From: an uncultured archaeon
GTDB lineage: Archaea > Asgardarchaeota > Lokiarchaeia > Sigyniarchaeales > SOKP01
Length of the DNA stretch: 64,000 nt
Direction of reading: 5' to 3'
Assembly: GCA_964632315.1 (NCBI GenBank)
Contig: CAZWEM010000017.1
Span: 1-64,000 of the forward strand
Part shown: one piece after another, positions 20,401-28,409 of the stretch
How the letters are laid out: every line of letters begins with the position of its first letter
Position numbering within the stretch: position 1 is the stretch's first letter
Position numbers and translations under genes: made by a program
Notes under the pieces: generated by a model
Seen by the model: only the letters and a program-made list of their open reading frames with translations
What the model was told of the DNA's origin: nothing
Databases searched by the model: none

Positions 20401-21665
20401 TTGATTCAGTATGGTATGTTCTTGATGGTACTAAAATTATGCTAGAAATTGGCATATCAGAATTACTTGATCAAAGCATATGGGATGGATTAGCTTCAGA
20501 AACCTCCTTTATAATCCTCTTTTATGCAAATGATTCCGCTGGGAATATTAATTCTTCAGTTTCAGTTAATCTATTTAAAGATACCAAGAATCCTGAGATA
20601 ATAATTAATAGTCCTTCTGAGTTCGATCTTTTCGGAAAAAACGAGCCTTCTGTCTCTATAAATTTCTATGATCTTAGTGGTATTGACGAAAGCTGGTACC
20701 AATTAACCAATGGATTTACTACTTCACCAATTAGAATATGGACGGGCTCGATTAACGCCGACGATTGGGATCTAATGCCCAACGGTACAACAACGATCAT
20801 CTTTTTTACAAATGATAGTGTGGGGAATGTTGGTATTAAAAACGTTTCTGTCTATAAAGATATTATCGGACCTGAAGTATATATATATTATCCAGATGAA
20901 GGAGAACTATATGGTTCTGAAGTGCCAAGTGTTTACTTTTATTTAAATGACGGGAATGGAATTTCAATTAGGACTTATCAATTGAGTAATGGTACTACTT
21001 CAACTCCCAAATATGAATGGACTGGAGAAATTAGTCAAACTGTATGGGATCAAATTAGAAATGGGACATTGTTTATTCATATTTATGCTACTGATACGCT
21101 TGGGAACGAAGGATCCGATTTCATCTCGATAAGAAAAGATACCATTGCACCCTCTATTGATGTCATCCTACCACAAAACTATCAAGAGGTAGGGCGAGAT
21201 TCGCCATTTTTTGAAGTTAATTTTACTGATGCGAATTTTGCCAACAGTTGGTATAGAATTATTGGTACCGGTTCGAATATCTTCTTTTCGGGTTCTTATG
21301 GTAAAATTGATGAAAATTTATGGGAAGAGATATGGGATACGATTGAAGAAAACGAGATCATTACAATTAGGTTCTATTCCAATGACACTCTCGGAAATCT
21401 AAATTATAAAGATCTTAGCTTGGTGAAACCTCTATCTCAAAGTGGAGCAGATGATAATAACCCTCCTCCCGAATTTCCAATTAAGCTGGTCGAATTCATC
21501 CCCCTAACACTTATTATCGGTTTTACTGTAACTCTTACAGCAATTATAAAGAAAAGCCGATTCTACAATATCACAGACAAAAAACACCAGAAATTAATTA
21601 ATAGGATTCTTGTTCTGGTTGCTCTCCTCTCAACGTTGATAACTATTTCAATCTTGATACAGTGA
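11469..21665 (+). CDS. Giant cell-surface protein: signal/TM, NosD-type beta-helix head, 33 Ig-like repeats, two C-terminal TM helices
   Basis: NxIxxNxxGI beta-helix repeats and GNYWDDY cap; ~92-aa repeats with WY...IW...FYANDSAGN...KD; hydrophobic C-terminal hairpin. Confidence 0.9.
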   Translation: MKRVVITHFRKLILSSISVFLILISCCFIFSIPVNNDFTNLNNKNRLSSLKEANYPTDISPINIDDNWTETEAFYDWCSGSGIYGDPFIIKDIKLNCKEKSSGLSINNSDKNYFVIQNCTFYNCSSFPAIILQNSNNGIIHECNLSSNNQIGIQLVKTDNCSFTFNTISYNEIGIFLEKTNECNFYKNNITHNNIVGVDISTPNSDLNLFYHNNFSNNVLNVNDAADNEWDNGSIGNYWDDYGGHDLDDDEIGDDPYIIDSDSQDNFPIWNDGDDINPTLTVLAPSNNTTWSTAPLINVSAYDINLDTIWYLVNDSAQITELQNETAEYLPSSLWSELGEGPFNISFYANDTAGNENDALVIDLYKDTTTPFISIISPINQTFWNHRPTIQVLVSDTHFQSVWYEINGQKENLTNGVSEILNTTIWESIPDESPFTINFYANDSVGNINDSYSLALYKDITNPTLSIDLPADGTYWNIRPNIQVTASDTNLDSIWYEVNGLSNLLDNGISELLDQGIWDSLLDEETFTILFYANDSAGNINSLNSRTIHKDISAPSLTIKSPDADSYWNVVPDIEATASDTNFDSIWYEVDGVKVPLSNGVLSPLDSGIWSSLSDEETFTINFFANDSAGNENSYYSRTIHKDILSPTLTIVSPDADSYWNAVPNIEATASDTNFDSIWYEIDGVKVSLSNGVAELLDLAIWSSLSDEETFTIFFFANDSAGNINSLHSRTIHKDITDPSVSVDLPLNNTYWNARPDIQVTVSDINFESVWYEVGGVKIILENGVSKLLDQDIWDALLVEETFTIDFFANDSAGNLNSLHSITIHKDVLDPNLIVTLPLDDSYWNTRLDIQATASDTNLVSIWYEVDGSKILLENGISALLDQGIWDSLSDEETFTIFFYANDSAGNINSLNSRTIHKDILNPDLLINLPLNNSYWNTRPNIQATVSDTNLDSVWYEIGGVKIILENGVSKLLNQEIWDALSAEETFTIYFYANDSAGNVNSLNSRTIHKDITDPALTVNLPLNDTYWNSRPLIQSTASDTNLDSIWYEVGGVKILLDNGISELLDQGIWDTLSSEESFTIYFFANDSAGNVNSLYSRIIHKDTTDPTLIVNLPFDNTYWNTRPYIQATVSDTNLDSVWYIVDATKIFLENGISELLDQGIWDSLSTEQTFTISFYANDSAGNVNSLYSQTIHKDTIDPILLVDLPLEDTYWNTRPNIQATASDINLDSIWYEVGGVKILLDNDISELLDQEIWDSLSDEESFTINFFANDFAGNINSLHSITIHKDIIDPTLIIDLPIDGTYWNIRPSIQATASDTNLDSIWYEVSGTKIMLENGLSELLDQSIWDSLSAEQTFTISFYANDSAGNVNSLYSQTIHKDTINPTLVVNLPLDDTYWNTRPYIQVTASDSNLDSVWYEVGGVKILLDNGISELLDQGIWDSLMDEETFTIYFFANDSAGNVNSLSTRTVHKDTLNPNLMIDLPLNDTYWNLRPTIQATASDRNFDSVWYLVDGSKILLENGVSELLDQDIWDALLAEETFTIFFYANDSAGNVNSLNTRIVHKDILNPDLTINLPLDDSYWNTRPYIQATASDTNLDSVWYEVDGVKIILNDGIPELLDQVIWNTLLAEETFTIYFYANDSAGNVNSLFSRTIHKDVTDPVLTVHLPLEDTYWNTRPNIQATATDINLDSVWYIIDGTKVILSNGVAELLDQVIWNTLLAEETFTIYFYANDSAGNVNSLYSRTILKDVTDPVLTVNLPLNDSYWNIPPDIQATASDTNLDSVWYQVNGVKISLENGISELLDQNIWNALAVEESFTIHYYANDSAGNVNSLYSRTIHKDVLDPEVTINLPFDGTFWNTRPNVQITVSDINFDSVWYEVDSSKILRENGISELLNQGIWNALSAEETFTIYFFANDSAGNVNSLYSRTIHKDITDPVLTVNLPLDDTYWNTRPNVQATASDINFDSIWYEINGVKILLETGISELLDQNVWDFLAVEESFAIYFYANDSAGNVNSLFAQTIHKDVLNPNLIVNLPVDNSYWNMPADIQATASDTNFDSVWYAVNGVKIILENGLSELLDSSIWEALSDEETFTISFFANDSAGNINSLYSRTIHKDVTDPVLTVNLPLNDTYWNTRPTIQTTASDINFDSVWYIVNGIKIMLENGVSEQLNLTIWNLLSPEETFTIFFYANDSAGNINSLYSCTLHKDTKGPEITITNPSNHDVFGLVTPSCIVNFYDLNGVDENWYQLSNGTFTTPIRYWSGSISADDWILMENGTVSIIFYANDSVGNIEMLSIFVYKDIISPSIIINTPQPYDLFGTTAPNIDLDIYDPHLETVWYQLENASISTELFLWTGSINSANWNLIGNGTVEIHFLAYDSVNNIALKTLNVRKNIFDPIITILNPADGTVIGQVPPIMTLYIASAEVDSIWYYLSNGTVTTSNTTWTGSISESLWNLFDDGHVDVYFYINDTLGNLGSDSKTIIKDLIAPTVFVIFPNNYDVFGKGVPLISIDFYDLHAIDQIMYQLHHSSLTTSLRNWEGMINYDDWNLMPNGTVTIAFYVNDTAGNLASQNITVYKDSIDPLLSINLPLENTYWNTRPTIQATATDPNFDSIWYVVNGMKVILENGLGELLDQAIWDVLSAEETFTIYFYANDTVGNINFLNSVTLNKDINAPVLIIDFPGKFTYWNTPPNIQVTAFDINFDSVWYFIDGNKVILENGVPQLLNHDIWDEIALESSFWIHFYVNDSAGNINSSVSIILFKDTRSPEITISNPSEFDLFGKDEPLCSVGFYDTNGIDERWYQLTNGITISQIRTWTGSINADDWDLMPNGTVMIIFFANDTLGNIASQNITVYKDSIAPSLIINLPLENTYWNSRPPIQALASDQNFDSVWYEVGNIKIILENAVEEFLNQGIWDSLMVEESFTIYFYANDTVGNINSLNSVTLNKDIRPPKITINLPTSNSYWNTPPNIQVTTLDSNFDSVWYVLDGTKIMLEIGISELLDQSIWDGLASETSFIILFYANDSAGNINSSVSVNLFKDTKNPEIIINSPSEFDLFGKNEPSVSINFYDLSGIDESWYQLTNGFTTSPIRIWTGSINADDWDLMPNGTTTIIFFTNDSVGNVGIKNVSVYKDIIGPEVYIYYPDEGELYGSEVPSVYFYLNDGNGISIRTYQLSNGTTSTPKYEWTGEISQTVWDQIRNGTLFIHIYATDTLGNEGSDFISIRKDTIAPSIDVILPQNYQEVGRDSPFFEVNFTDANFANSWYRIIGTGSNIFFSGSYGKIDENLWEEIWDTIEENEIITIRFYSNDTLGNLNYKDLSLVKPLSQSGADDNNPPPEFPIKLVEFIPLTLIIGFTVTLTAIIKKSRFYNITDKKHQKLINRILVLVALLSTLITISILIQ
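12290..21430 (+). repeat. Intragenic tandem array of 33 ~276-bp repeats of two subtypes
   Basis: Counted from the translation: A x21, B x4, (A A B) x2, B, terminal divergent unit; exact DNA duplicates at multiples of 276 bp. Confidence 0.9.
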
Positions 21666-21972
21666 GTTTTTTACAAGCAAAAATATGAATTTAAATCATA
21701 ATGCAAATCATTGACTACTTTCTAATTTTTCTCAGGATCTTATGCATTAAGTGCTCTTTTTTTGCTTGGGTTGTACTTTTCTAAGAATTGGAAGAAATGA
21801 AAAAATGTTTCCAAATTCGTTTTTAATATTTCATTTTTGCTTTAGAAGAAGATTTCCTTTCTCTAAATAGTCAAAAATCTATTTCATTATATGAAATGTA
21901 TAAAAATTTCTCAACCTTTAGGTTAATCAAGAATTTAAAAAAAAAAAGAGAGCGAAATTCAAATCGTTGCTT

Positions 21973-22695
21973 TTAAACTGGCGATGAAATTATTATTTCA
22001 TGGGAGTTGGGGTCGTCCAGAGGACGATTTATTTTTTGGGTTTGTATTAACCTAAACTGTTGATCTTGATGATCGCACCCGGTCCATAGGGTACACCACG
22101 AAGCCAGGACTTCTTTGCCTGGGATCTTACAATTATCTTCTACTGGGACTGCACCAGCAGGCCATTGGTTACTATCTAATGCTATTGGACAACTTTCATC
22201 CTTCAATTTGAAGCTTGCGGTCCAATAATCAACACAATCACACGGATTATCATCAGTGTTAGCCCATTCAATTAAAACCTTGCCCTTGAATTCATTCTTT
22301 TGATCTAGATAAATATATCCACCTAGAGGTTCATAACCTCCAGTAATCTTAACTGTGACCCAGTATTTATCTAATACTGATTGAGTGAGACATAATGGTA
22401 AATAATCATCAACATAATAATTTTCAATTTCAATGGTACCTTGTGCTGTATCAAATTCTTCACAACCGCATTCGGCTACAAACTCGACGAAATCGTCTTC
22501 TATTTGTTTCAATTCAGGATTTTCATTACCTGCTTGAAACGGGTATCCTATGAAGTCCCTATCAAAAACTTCATGAGGATAGCCTCCAATGTCCCCAATT
22601 GCCAATGCAAAACCCACTAGAACTAACGAGATCAACATTAACAGAATTCCCGCAACGAGATAGTAAGGATTCTGGATAATCTCATCATTTTTCAT
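21973..22695 (-). CDS. Secreted or membrane-anchored acidic, Cys-rich hypothetical protein
   Basis: N-terminal hydrophobic helix; many Cys, Asp/Glu and Trp; convergent with the giant gene. Confidence 0.65.
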   Translation of the reverse strand: MKNDEIIQNPYYLVAGILLMLISLVLVGFALAIGDIGGYPHEVFDRDFIGYPFQAGNENPELKQIEDDFVEFVAECGCEEFDTAQGTIEIENYYVDDYLPLCLTQSVLDKYWVTVKITGGYEPLGGYIYLDQKNEFKGKVLIEWANTDDNPCDCVDYWTASFKLKDESCPIALDSNQWPAGAVPVEDNCKIPGKEVLASWCTLWTGCDHQDQQFRLIQTQKINRPLDDPNSHEIIISSPV

Positions 22696-23031
22696 AGGTT
22701 ATCAATTTTTTTTACTAAACTTGGCTCATCACCTAGATATGAATTTCAATAGTTACTTTGATTTACATGAATATAAATCTTATCCTCTATTTTCTAAATC
22801 GTAAAGTTATGTTTTTTGAGTGAAAAAGAAAGATTTGTATGGAAAAGTGAATGAAATCCATATTTCTTACCACAAAAGGAAGAATTAATAACATATAATC
22901 CTAATCAAGTTCTTATTTTTACCACAAATGAAATAATACCCAATACATAAATTATAAATTTCCAAATGCATGAATTAAATGTAATCCATAATATGAAGTT
23001 ATTAATATAAAAATAAGGTTAGTGGGTTGGG

Positions 23032-25131
23032 TTGAAATCAAAAGATATTGAGGAATTGGGCAAAAATAACTCAGTGATTGACAAATATGTGAACATCGCG
23101 GATGGCATTCCTGAAAAAAATAGAACGAATTTTGGTGATGATGAAAATAACGAAGAAAAAAAGCTATTAGACGAAATGTTCCAAGAAAAATTGAAAAATA
23201 ATTTGAAAGTATGTGTTACGCTTGATAAAAATTATTCTAATTTTTCTAAAGATTCGAGTATAGAGGATAGTTTGAAGAAAACGTTGCAAGCTTATTCGGG
23301 ATTTACAATTGATGAAGAAGGACCAGATTCAACAAAGGTATATTATCAAGAGGATTTGAAAGATAAGGTTAATGTCAATCTTAAAACAAGAGGCATTAAA
23401 CCAACTCTTAAACCAATTACTAATGGAGATCAGAATAATAACCATTTACATAAAGAACCAGCTTTTCCAGATGTCAGACAAAAGACTCCTACTCAACCAA
23501 AGATAGTCACAAGACCAATCAACAAAGGAGATCGGAATATAAATCGAAAATTTGAAAGTAAATCTTTTTCAAATGGAAATGTAAAAACTCAACCAAAACC
23601 TATGAGAATATCGAAACCAGTTATTCAAGAAATATCAAAACCTAAACCAAAAGTTAAGGAACCTCCTTTTTCAGATGTTAGTGAAGTCATCCATCCTCGC
23701 CCTAAACCCATTAAAAAGCCAGAAGTTCAAGAAGCACCTAAATTTAAAGAAGAGAGTAAATTTAAACCTAAACTTGAGAAGTCTCCTTTTTCAAACTTGA
23801 GAGAAGTAATTCCCCCGAAGCCTCCTCTTAAAATTAAGGAAAAATTCCAAGAAAAAAAAAAAGATGAAATAAAGAAAAGCCATAAAGGATCAACTAAAAC
23901 TTTTTTTTCAGAGGATATAGTGCAAAAGATACGATTCCTTTACCATAAAACGAATAGTTTTGAAAAGATTTTGGAAAAAAGAGATACAGAATATAACATG
24001 GATGATTTACAATTATTACACGAATATGCTAATTTTCTTAACGTCAATTATAAAAGCCAAAGTCAGATAAAGATCATAAAAGAGTTAGATATAAGCCCAA
24101 CTTTTTACGATCCAATAGAAAAGAGAGAGATTCCTATTTGGGACTTAATGCTGGAGTGTGGGAGGATTTATTGTATTTTAGCTAAAGCGTATTCTCAGCT
24201 GTCAAAAAGATGCGAGAATCTGAATGATTTCAACAATGCTGTTAACAGAATGGTAAATTCAAGCAAAGCTTATAAAACAGCAGCTTATTTTAGTGCTGCT
24301 AATACACGTCAGGAAGATATTGGCCAGTTTCTTTCTCCTGATAATCTTGAGCTTAAATCTGAAGAAGCAAGAATCATCGCTCAGAATCTAGCAATAAAAA
24401 AGAGTTCAGATGATCTCTTCCTTTCTTCTAAAATGTATGCAGGATTAGCAGCTTTATTAAATAGATTAAACTATTTGCAGAATTACCAAGCAGATAAAGA
24501 AGATCAAATGAAAGCTTTAGTTAACTATTATAAAGCCAAAAGTTGTCACTTAAAGGCAAAAGCAATGATTTGCTCCTCTAATAATAATGAGATATATGAT
24601 AGTGATGATGTGATAAATCTTCAAAAAAAGGCAAATTATTACTTTTTAATTTGTGAAGAGATTTGGGAAAACATACTTAAAAACCATGAAGGCTTAAGTA
24701 AAAAGAGAGTTTTGGAGCTGAAGCGCTATTTAGCTACTGTTAATGAGGAGATAATGGAAAATGATGTTGAGATCATAAATTCCAATCAAGCAGAAAAGAT
24801 TCAAGACCCAGAACCATTTATCGCCATTCCAGAAAACATGTCATACTGCATCCCTAAATTCACAAGATTCCTTACTAATTACCCAACTACCATAATTGAA
24901 AAGAAATCAATTGATTATGTAGATTCTGAACAATCAAATAAGAAAAATGAAATCAGGGCTTTAAGAGATCAGAAAGCAGGTATGGGAAGAACACTTAAAC
25001 AGATAAAACAGCTTTATGAAAGCGGAGATATAGACATTCACCAGTTTTCTGAGCTTTACGAAAAATATTCCACAAGAATTAGCTCTATTGAAACGAAAAT
25101 AACAGAACTAAAAAACATTAGAGGATCATGA
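23032..25131 (+). CDS. Hypothetical protein: Pro/Lys-rich disordered region, alpha-solenoid (TPR-like) core, C-terminal helical hairpin
   Basis: 699-aa ORF with TTG start; Ala/Tyr-patterned helices (KAYKTAAYFSAA, YYKAKSCHLKAKA). Confidence 0.75.
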   Translation: MKSKDIEELGKNNSVIDKYVNIADGIPEKNRTNFGDDENNEEKKLLDEMFQEKLKNNLKVCVTLDKNYSNFSKDSSIEDSLKKTLQAYSGFTIDEEGPDSTKVYYQEDLKDKVNVNLKTRGIKPTLKPITNGDQNNNHLHKEPAFPDVRQKTPTQPKIVTRPINKGDRNINRKFESKSFSNGNVKTQPKPMRISKPVIQEISKPKPKVKEPPFSDVSEVIHPRPKPIKKPEVQEAPKFKEESKFKPKLEKSPFSNLREVIPPKPPLKIKEKFQEKKKDEIKKSHKGSTKTFFSEDIVQKIRFLYHKTNSFEKILEKRDTEYNMDDLQLLHEYANFLNVNYKSQSQIKIIKELDISPTFYDPIEKREIPIWDLMLECGRIYCILAKAYSQLSKRCENLNDFNNAVNRMVNSSKAYKTAAYFSAANTRQEDIGQFLSPDNLELKSEEARIIAQNLAIKKSSDDLFLSSKMYAGLAALLNRLNYLQNYQADKEDQMKALVNYYKAKSCHLKAKAMICSSNNNEIYDSDDVINLQKKANYYFLICEEIWENILKNHEGLSKKRVLELKRYLATVNEEIMENDVEIINSNQAEKIQDPEPFIAIPENMSYCIPKFTRFLTNYPTTIIEKKSIDYVDSEQSNKKNEIRALRDQKAGMGRTLKQIKQLYESGDIDIHQFSELYEKYSTRISSIETKITELKNIRGS

Positions 25132-25144
25132 GATTAGTTTTACC

Positions 25145-25708
25145 ATGAAAATAACCGAACTCTTTGAGGAAATGGGAAAATATATCTTCATTTTTATCAA
25201 GAAATATTGGTTTTATTTGAGTTTATTTTTTGTCATTATCATGTTTTTCGTCAACAGTATTGCCTCAATAGTTTCTATTTCCGTATTTGCCGTTGGGTTG
25301 ATTATCTACTATCTAATTACCTCCAATTTAAAATATAAACTGCTTAGATACATGAAAGAATATGATTTAATCGAAGATATCCAAATCTCAGAAGATTTGA
25401 CAATACCTTTAAAAATAGTTCGAGAAGCGATGAAATCTATCGCTAAGAGACAGAAAAGGAAAGACTGGCTCATTGCCGTAATAAATAATAGATGCGTGTT
25501 CTATAACTCGATTTTTATTACAAAATTCAGAGATCTCTATAACGAAGGATTAAATGAAAAAAGCATCTTTAATGTCATTACTGAAACTTATTCAATTCGA
25601 TCGAGAGCAGAAATCAAAGCAATCGAGGACATTCTAATTAACGAGAATAAGATTGATGAAAGGGACTTTTCTGTAATAAAATTGCTTACTTTTGAATCCA
25701 AATTATAA
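25145..25708 (+). CDS. Two-TM protein with possible winged-helix cytosolic domain(s)
   Basis: Two TM helices then IEDIQISEDLTIPLKIVREAM HTH-like pattern; 13 nt after the previous gene. Confidence 0.6.
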   Translation: MKITELFEEMGKYIFIFIKKYWFYLSLFFVIIMFFVNSIASIVSISVFAVGLIIYYLITSNLKYKLLRYMKEYDLIEDIQISEDLTIPLKIVREAMKSIAKRQKRKDWLIAVINNRCVFYNSIFITKFRDLYNEGLNEKSIFNVITETYSIRSRAEIKAIEDILINENKIDERDFSVIKLLTFESKL

Positions 25709-25720
25709 GTTTTAGGACTA

Positions 25721-26857
25721 TTAATCCTTTTTAAGTTCTTTAAACTGTAACAAAATCTTTTTCTGTTCTTCTGTAATATTCTTTGGAATAATTACACTTA
25801 CGATAACATATTGATCTCCTTTCCCTTTACCTTGAAGATAAGCTACACCATGGTTTTTAATTCTAAATTCAGTGCCATGTTGTGTTCCAGGGGGAATTGT
25901 TAGTTCTCTCGTTTTTATCTTACTATTTTTATGATCGAGGGTAGGAACACTCACCTTTCCACCCAAAATTGCGGTCACAAAATCAATTTCTAAGGGAGTG
26001 TATAGATCATTTCCTCTTCTAATGAAATTTTCATTTGGATTTACTCGTATTCCTAAGATTAAATCTCCTGGTATTGCATTGGTCGTTGGGATGTGGCCTG
26101 CTCCTTGGACTCTTAAATGTACACCGTTTTCAACTCCTGCTGGAATAGTGACATGAATGGTTTTAGACTCAGGAACGACTTTATTTCCATTGCAAACCTT
26201 ACATTTTTTAGTAATGATTTTACCTGTTCCTCCACAAGCAGAACAATTTGCAGTTCGAATGATCGTGCTAAATCCTTGACGATTCATGGTTCGAACTTGT
26301 CCACTTCCATCACAAGTAGGACATGTTTTTACACTGGATGGATCTTCTGCTCCGGTTCCTTCACATTCATCACACGGGGTATATCGACGTATTTTAATTT
26401 CCCTTTTAACCCCAAACATCGCTTCTTCAAAACTAATTTCTATATGCTCATCGATATCTTGTCCAACTTCTCTCCTTGGTGCTGATCTTCGTGCCCTTGA
26501 ACCTCCACCAAAGAAACTTCCGAATCCAAAATCATTATCTCCAAAAATACCTCCACCGAATATTGATCGCAATAATTCATCAATTCCCGGGATACCACCA
26601 CGGAAAAAGTCACTCATATCGACATCAACTCCACTAAAACCATATCGATCGTAATTGGAACGCTTATTTGAGTCACTTAAGACCTCATATGCTTCTTGGA
26701 GTTCAATGAACTTTTCCTTTGCTTTTGGATCCGTTTTGTTTAAATCAGGATGTAGTTTTCTAGCTAATCGACGGTAAGCTAGTTTAATGTCATTCTCCGA
26801 AGCATCCTTGCTTACCCCTAATACCTCGTAGTAATCCCTTTTTTGTCCAGAATTCAT
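25721..26857 (-). CDS. dnaJ: Chaperone DnaJ
   Basis: J domain with HPD, G/F-rich linker, four CxxCxGxG-type repeats, C-terminal domain. Confidence 0.97.
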   Translation of the reverse strand: MNSGQKRDYYEVLGVSKDASENDIKLAYRRLARKLHPDLNKTDPKAKEKFIELQEAYEVLSDSNKRSNYDRYGFSGVDVDMSDFFRGGIPGIDELLRSIFGGGIFGDNDFGFGSFFGGGSRARRSAPRREVGQDIDEHIEISFEEAMFGVKREIKIRRYTPCDECEGTGAEDPSSVKTCPTCDGSGQVRTMNRQGFSTIIRTANCSACGGTGKIITKKCKVCNGNKVVPESKTIHVTIPAGVENGVHLRVQGAGHIPTTNAIPGDLILGIRVNPNENFIRRGNDLYTPLEIDFVTAILGGKVSVPTLDHKNSKIKTRELTIPPGTQHGTEFRIKNHGVAYLQGKGKGDQYVIVSVIIPKNITEEQKKILLQFKELKKD

Positions 26858-27044
26858 GCCTTGTCAACATTTAATTTTTAATAGCTATTCTAGTTTTCTA
26901 GCAATTTATTAAAATTATTTGTAAAATTTTAATTTTTAGGTTATTGCGTGTTAAATGAGATTCCTTTGTCATATCAGTGAATTTATCAATCTCTGTAAAA
27001 AATAGATAATTTAATGGACAAAAATTGTAAAATAAAGACTTCTT

Positions 27045-28031
27045 TTATTTTTTAAAAATTTTGTCTAAAATTTTAGGAGGCTTAAAGTGCTGTTCTAACT
27101 TTAAAGGAGGAAGAGTCAGTTTCCGAAATAATGATCCAATAAAATTGTGTAATTCATTCCTCAATCCTAAGTTGCCTTCAATATGATTCTCGATAAACTG
27201 TTCCACTTTTAAGATAAAAATTTCCTTGTCATAATCATCATTAAAATTCATTGAATTAATCTTTCCCAGGTCAAGCGGTTTCAATTTTTTGGAGATTAGT
27301 TCAAACATTAATTTTAAAAAAGCTTTCCTAATTACCCCCTCATCTTTACTATTTAGCTCATAATTGTCATTTGTTGACTCAAGTTTTAATTCTTCGACTT
27401 TAATCATTGTTTCTTTAAGATCTTCGGATAAATCTAATGATTCAATTTTATAATTCATTCCTTGGGTATTTGTCCATTCATTCAGTTCTTCACAATATTT
27501 ATCGAAGTTAGAACAAAACCGTATTAAAAATTTAAATGAATCTATTGAAAAATCACTCATCCATCTTTTATACAGGTTGCCCCATCTATGGAGCTTTAAC
27601 TCACTTAAAGCATCAATTATTTCATTCTTGATTGAGTTAAGGTATTTCTCATCATATGTTATTATCTCATCAAACGGTTTGTCAAGCGATTCTACCTCAT
27701 ATTTAAACCACCTTTGGTTCTCTTTGAACTCCTTCAAGTGGAAAAAAGAACTATCTCCATTTAATAATACTTTTTTACTGACTTCTGCTGCAAATCTTAA
27801 AATATAATGGCACTTCGGACAGCTGGTTATCCAAGATTTTCGGATTAATTGTTTTGGTTCCAAATTTCCATTCGTTTCATTATGCTTTAAAATTCTCAAA
27901 TTCAAACCATTAATTTCAGATTCATAGTCATTTTTTTCTAAGTGATAATAAGTCGGGATAAACTTGTTATTGCATACCGGGCACTTTATCTTATCTGCAC
28001 TCTTGTAGATTGAGGGTTTCATGGTGATCAT
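27045..28031 (-). CDS. Hypothetical protein with N-terminal zinc finger
   Basis: CPVC...CPKC; 328-aa ORF. Confidence 0.65.
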   Translation of the reverse strand: MITMKPSIYKSADKIKCPVCNNKFIPTYYHLEKNDYESEINGLNLRILKHNETNGNLEPKQLIRKSWITSCPKCHYILRFAAEVSKKVLLNGDSSFFHLKEFKENQRWFKYEVESLDKPFDEIITYDEKYLNSIKNEIIDALSELKLHRWGNLYKRWMSDFSIDSFKFLIRFCSNFDKYCEELNEWTNTQGMNYKIESLDLSEDLKETMIKVEELKLESTNDNYELNSKDEGVIRKAFLKLMFELISKKLKPLDLGKINSMNFNDDYDKEIFILKVEQFIENHIEGNLGLRNELHNFIGSLFRKLTLPPLKLEQHFKPPKILDKIFKK

Positions 28032-28409
28032 ATTTACATGTGTTTCAAAGATCTTTAGGTTTAGAAATGATTAAAGACTTAGCATTATTAGAAAAAAGTA
28101 CTATTACATGAAGCTTTAATTTTTATTTGAAAATTGATTTGCATTTTAATTAATATAGTAAAAACCTCGTTCTTTTTGGCTATTTGGAGTAAAGATTGAA
28201 TTCTTGATGGAATATAAAGTTTCTTCTAGTTGTACTCTTAAACTACGTTTCATTTATGGAATACATACATCATATTAATGAGAAAGGTTTTTATAAAGTT
28301 GAACAGATGCTTAATTAGATATTTTTAGTAAGCTTAGTAGTGCAATAAATAAATTTTATATTTTTTAATATTAGGCAATGTATTTTATTGCTTAAGATAT
28401 AGAAAAATC

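Noticed and set aside
12290-21430. Regular repeats as a CRISPR array or DGR template/variable pair
   Set aside because: Repeats are ~276-bp in-frame coding units without spacers; no cas or reverse transcriptase genes; differences are not adenine-specific
22860-22930. TACCACAAA repeated twice in an intergenic region
   Set aside because: A 9-bp match in AT-rich DNA is too weak to call
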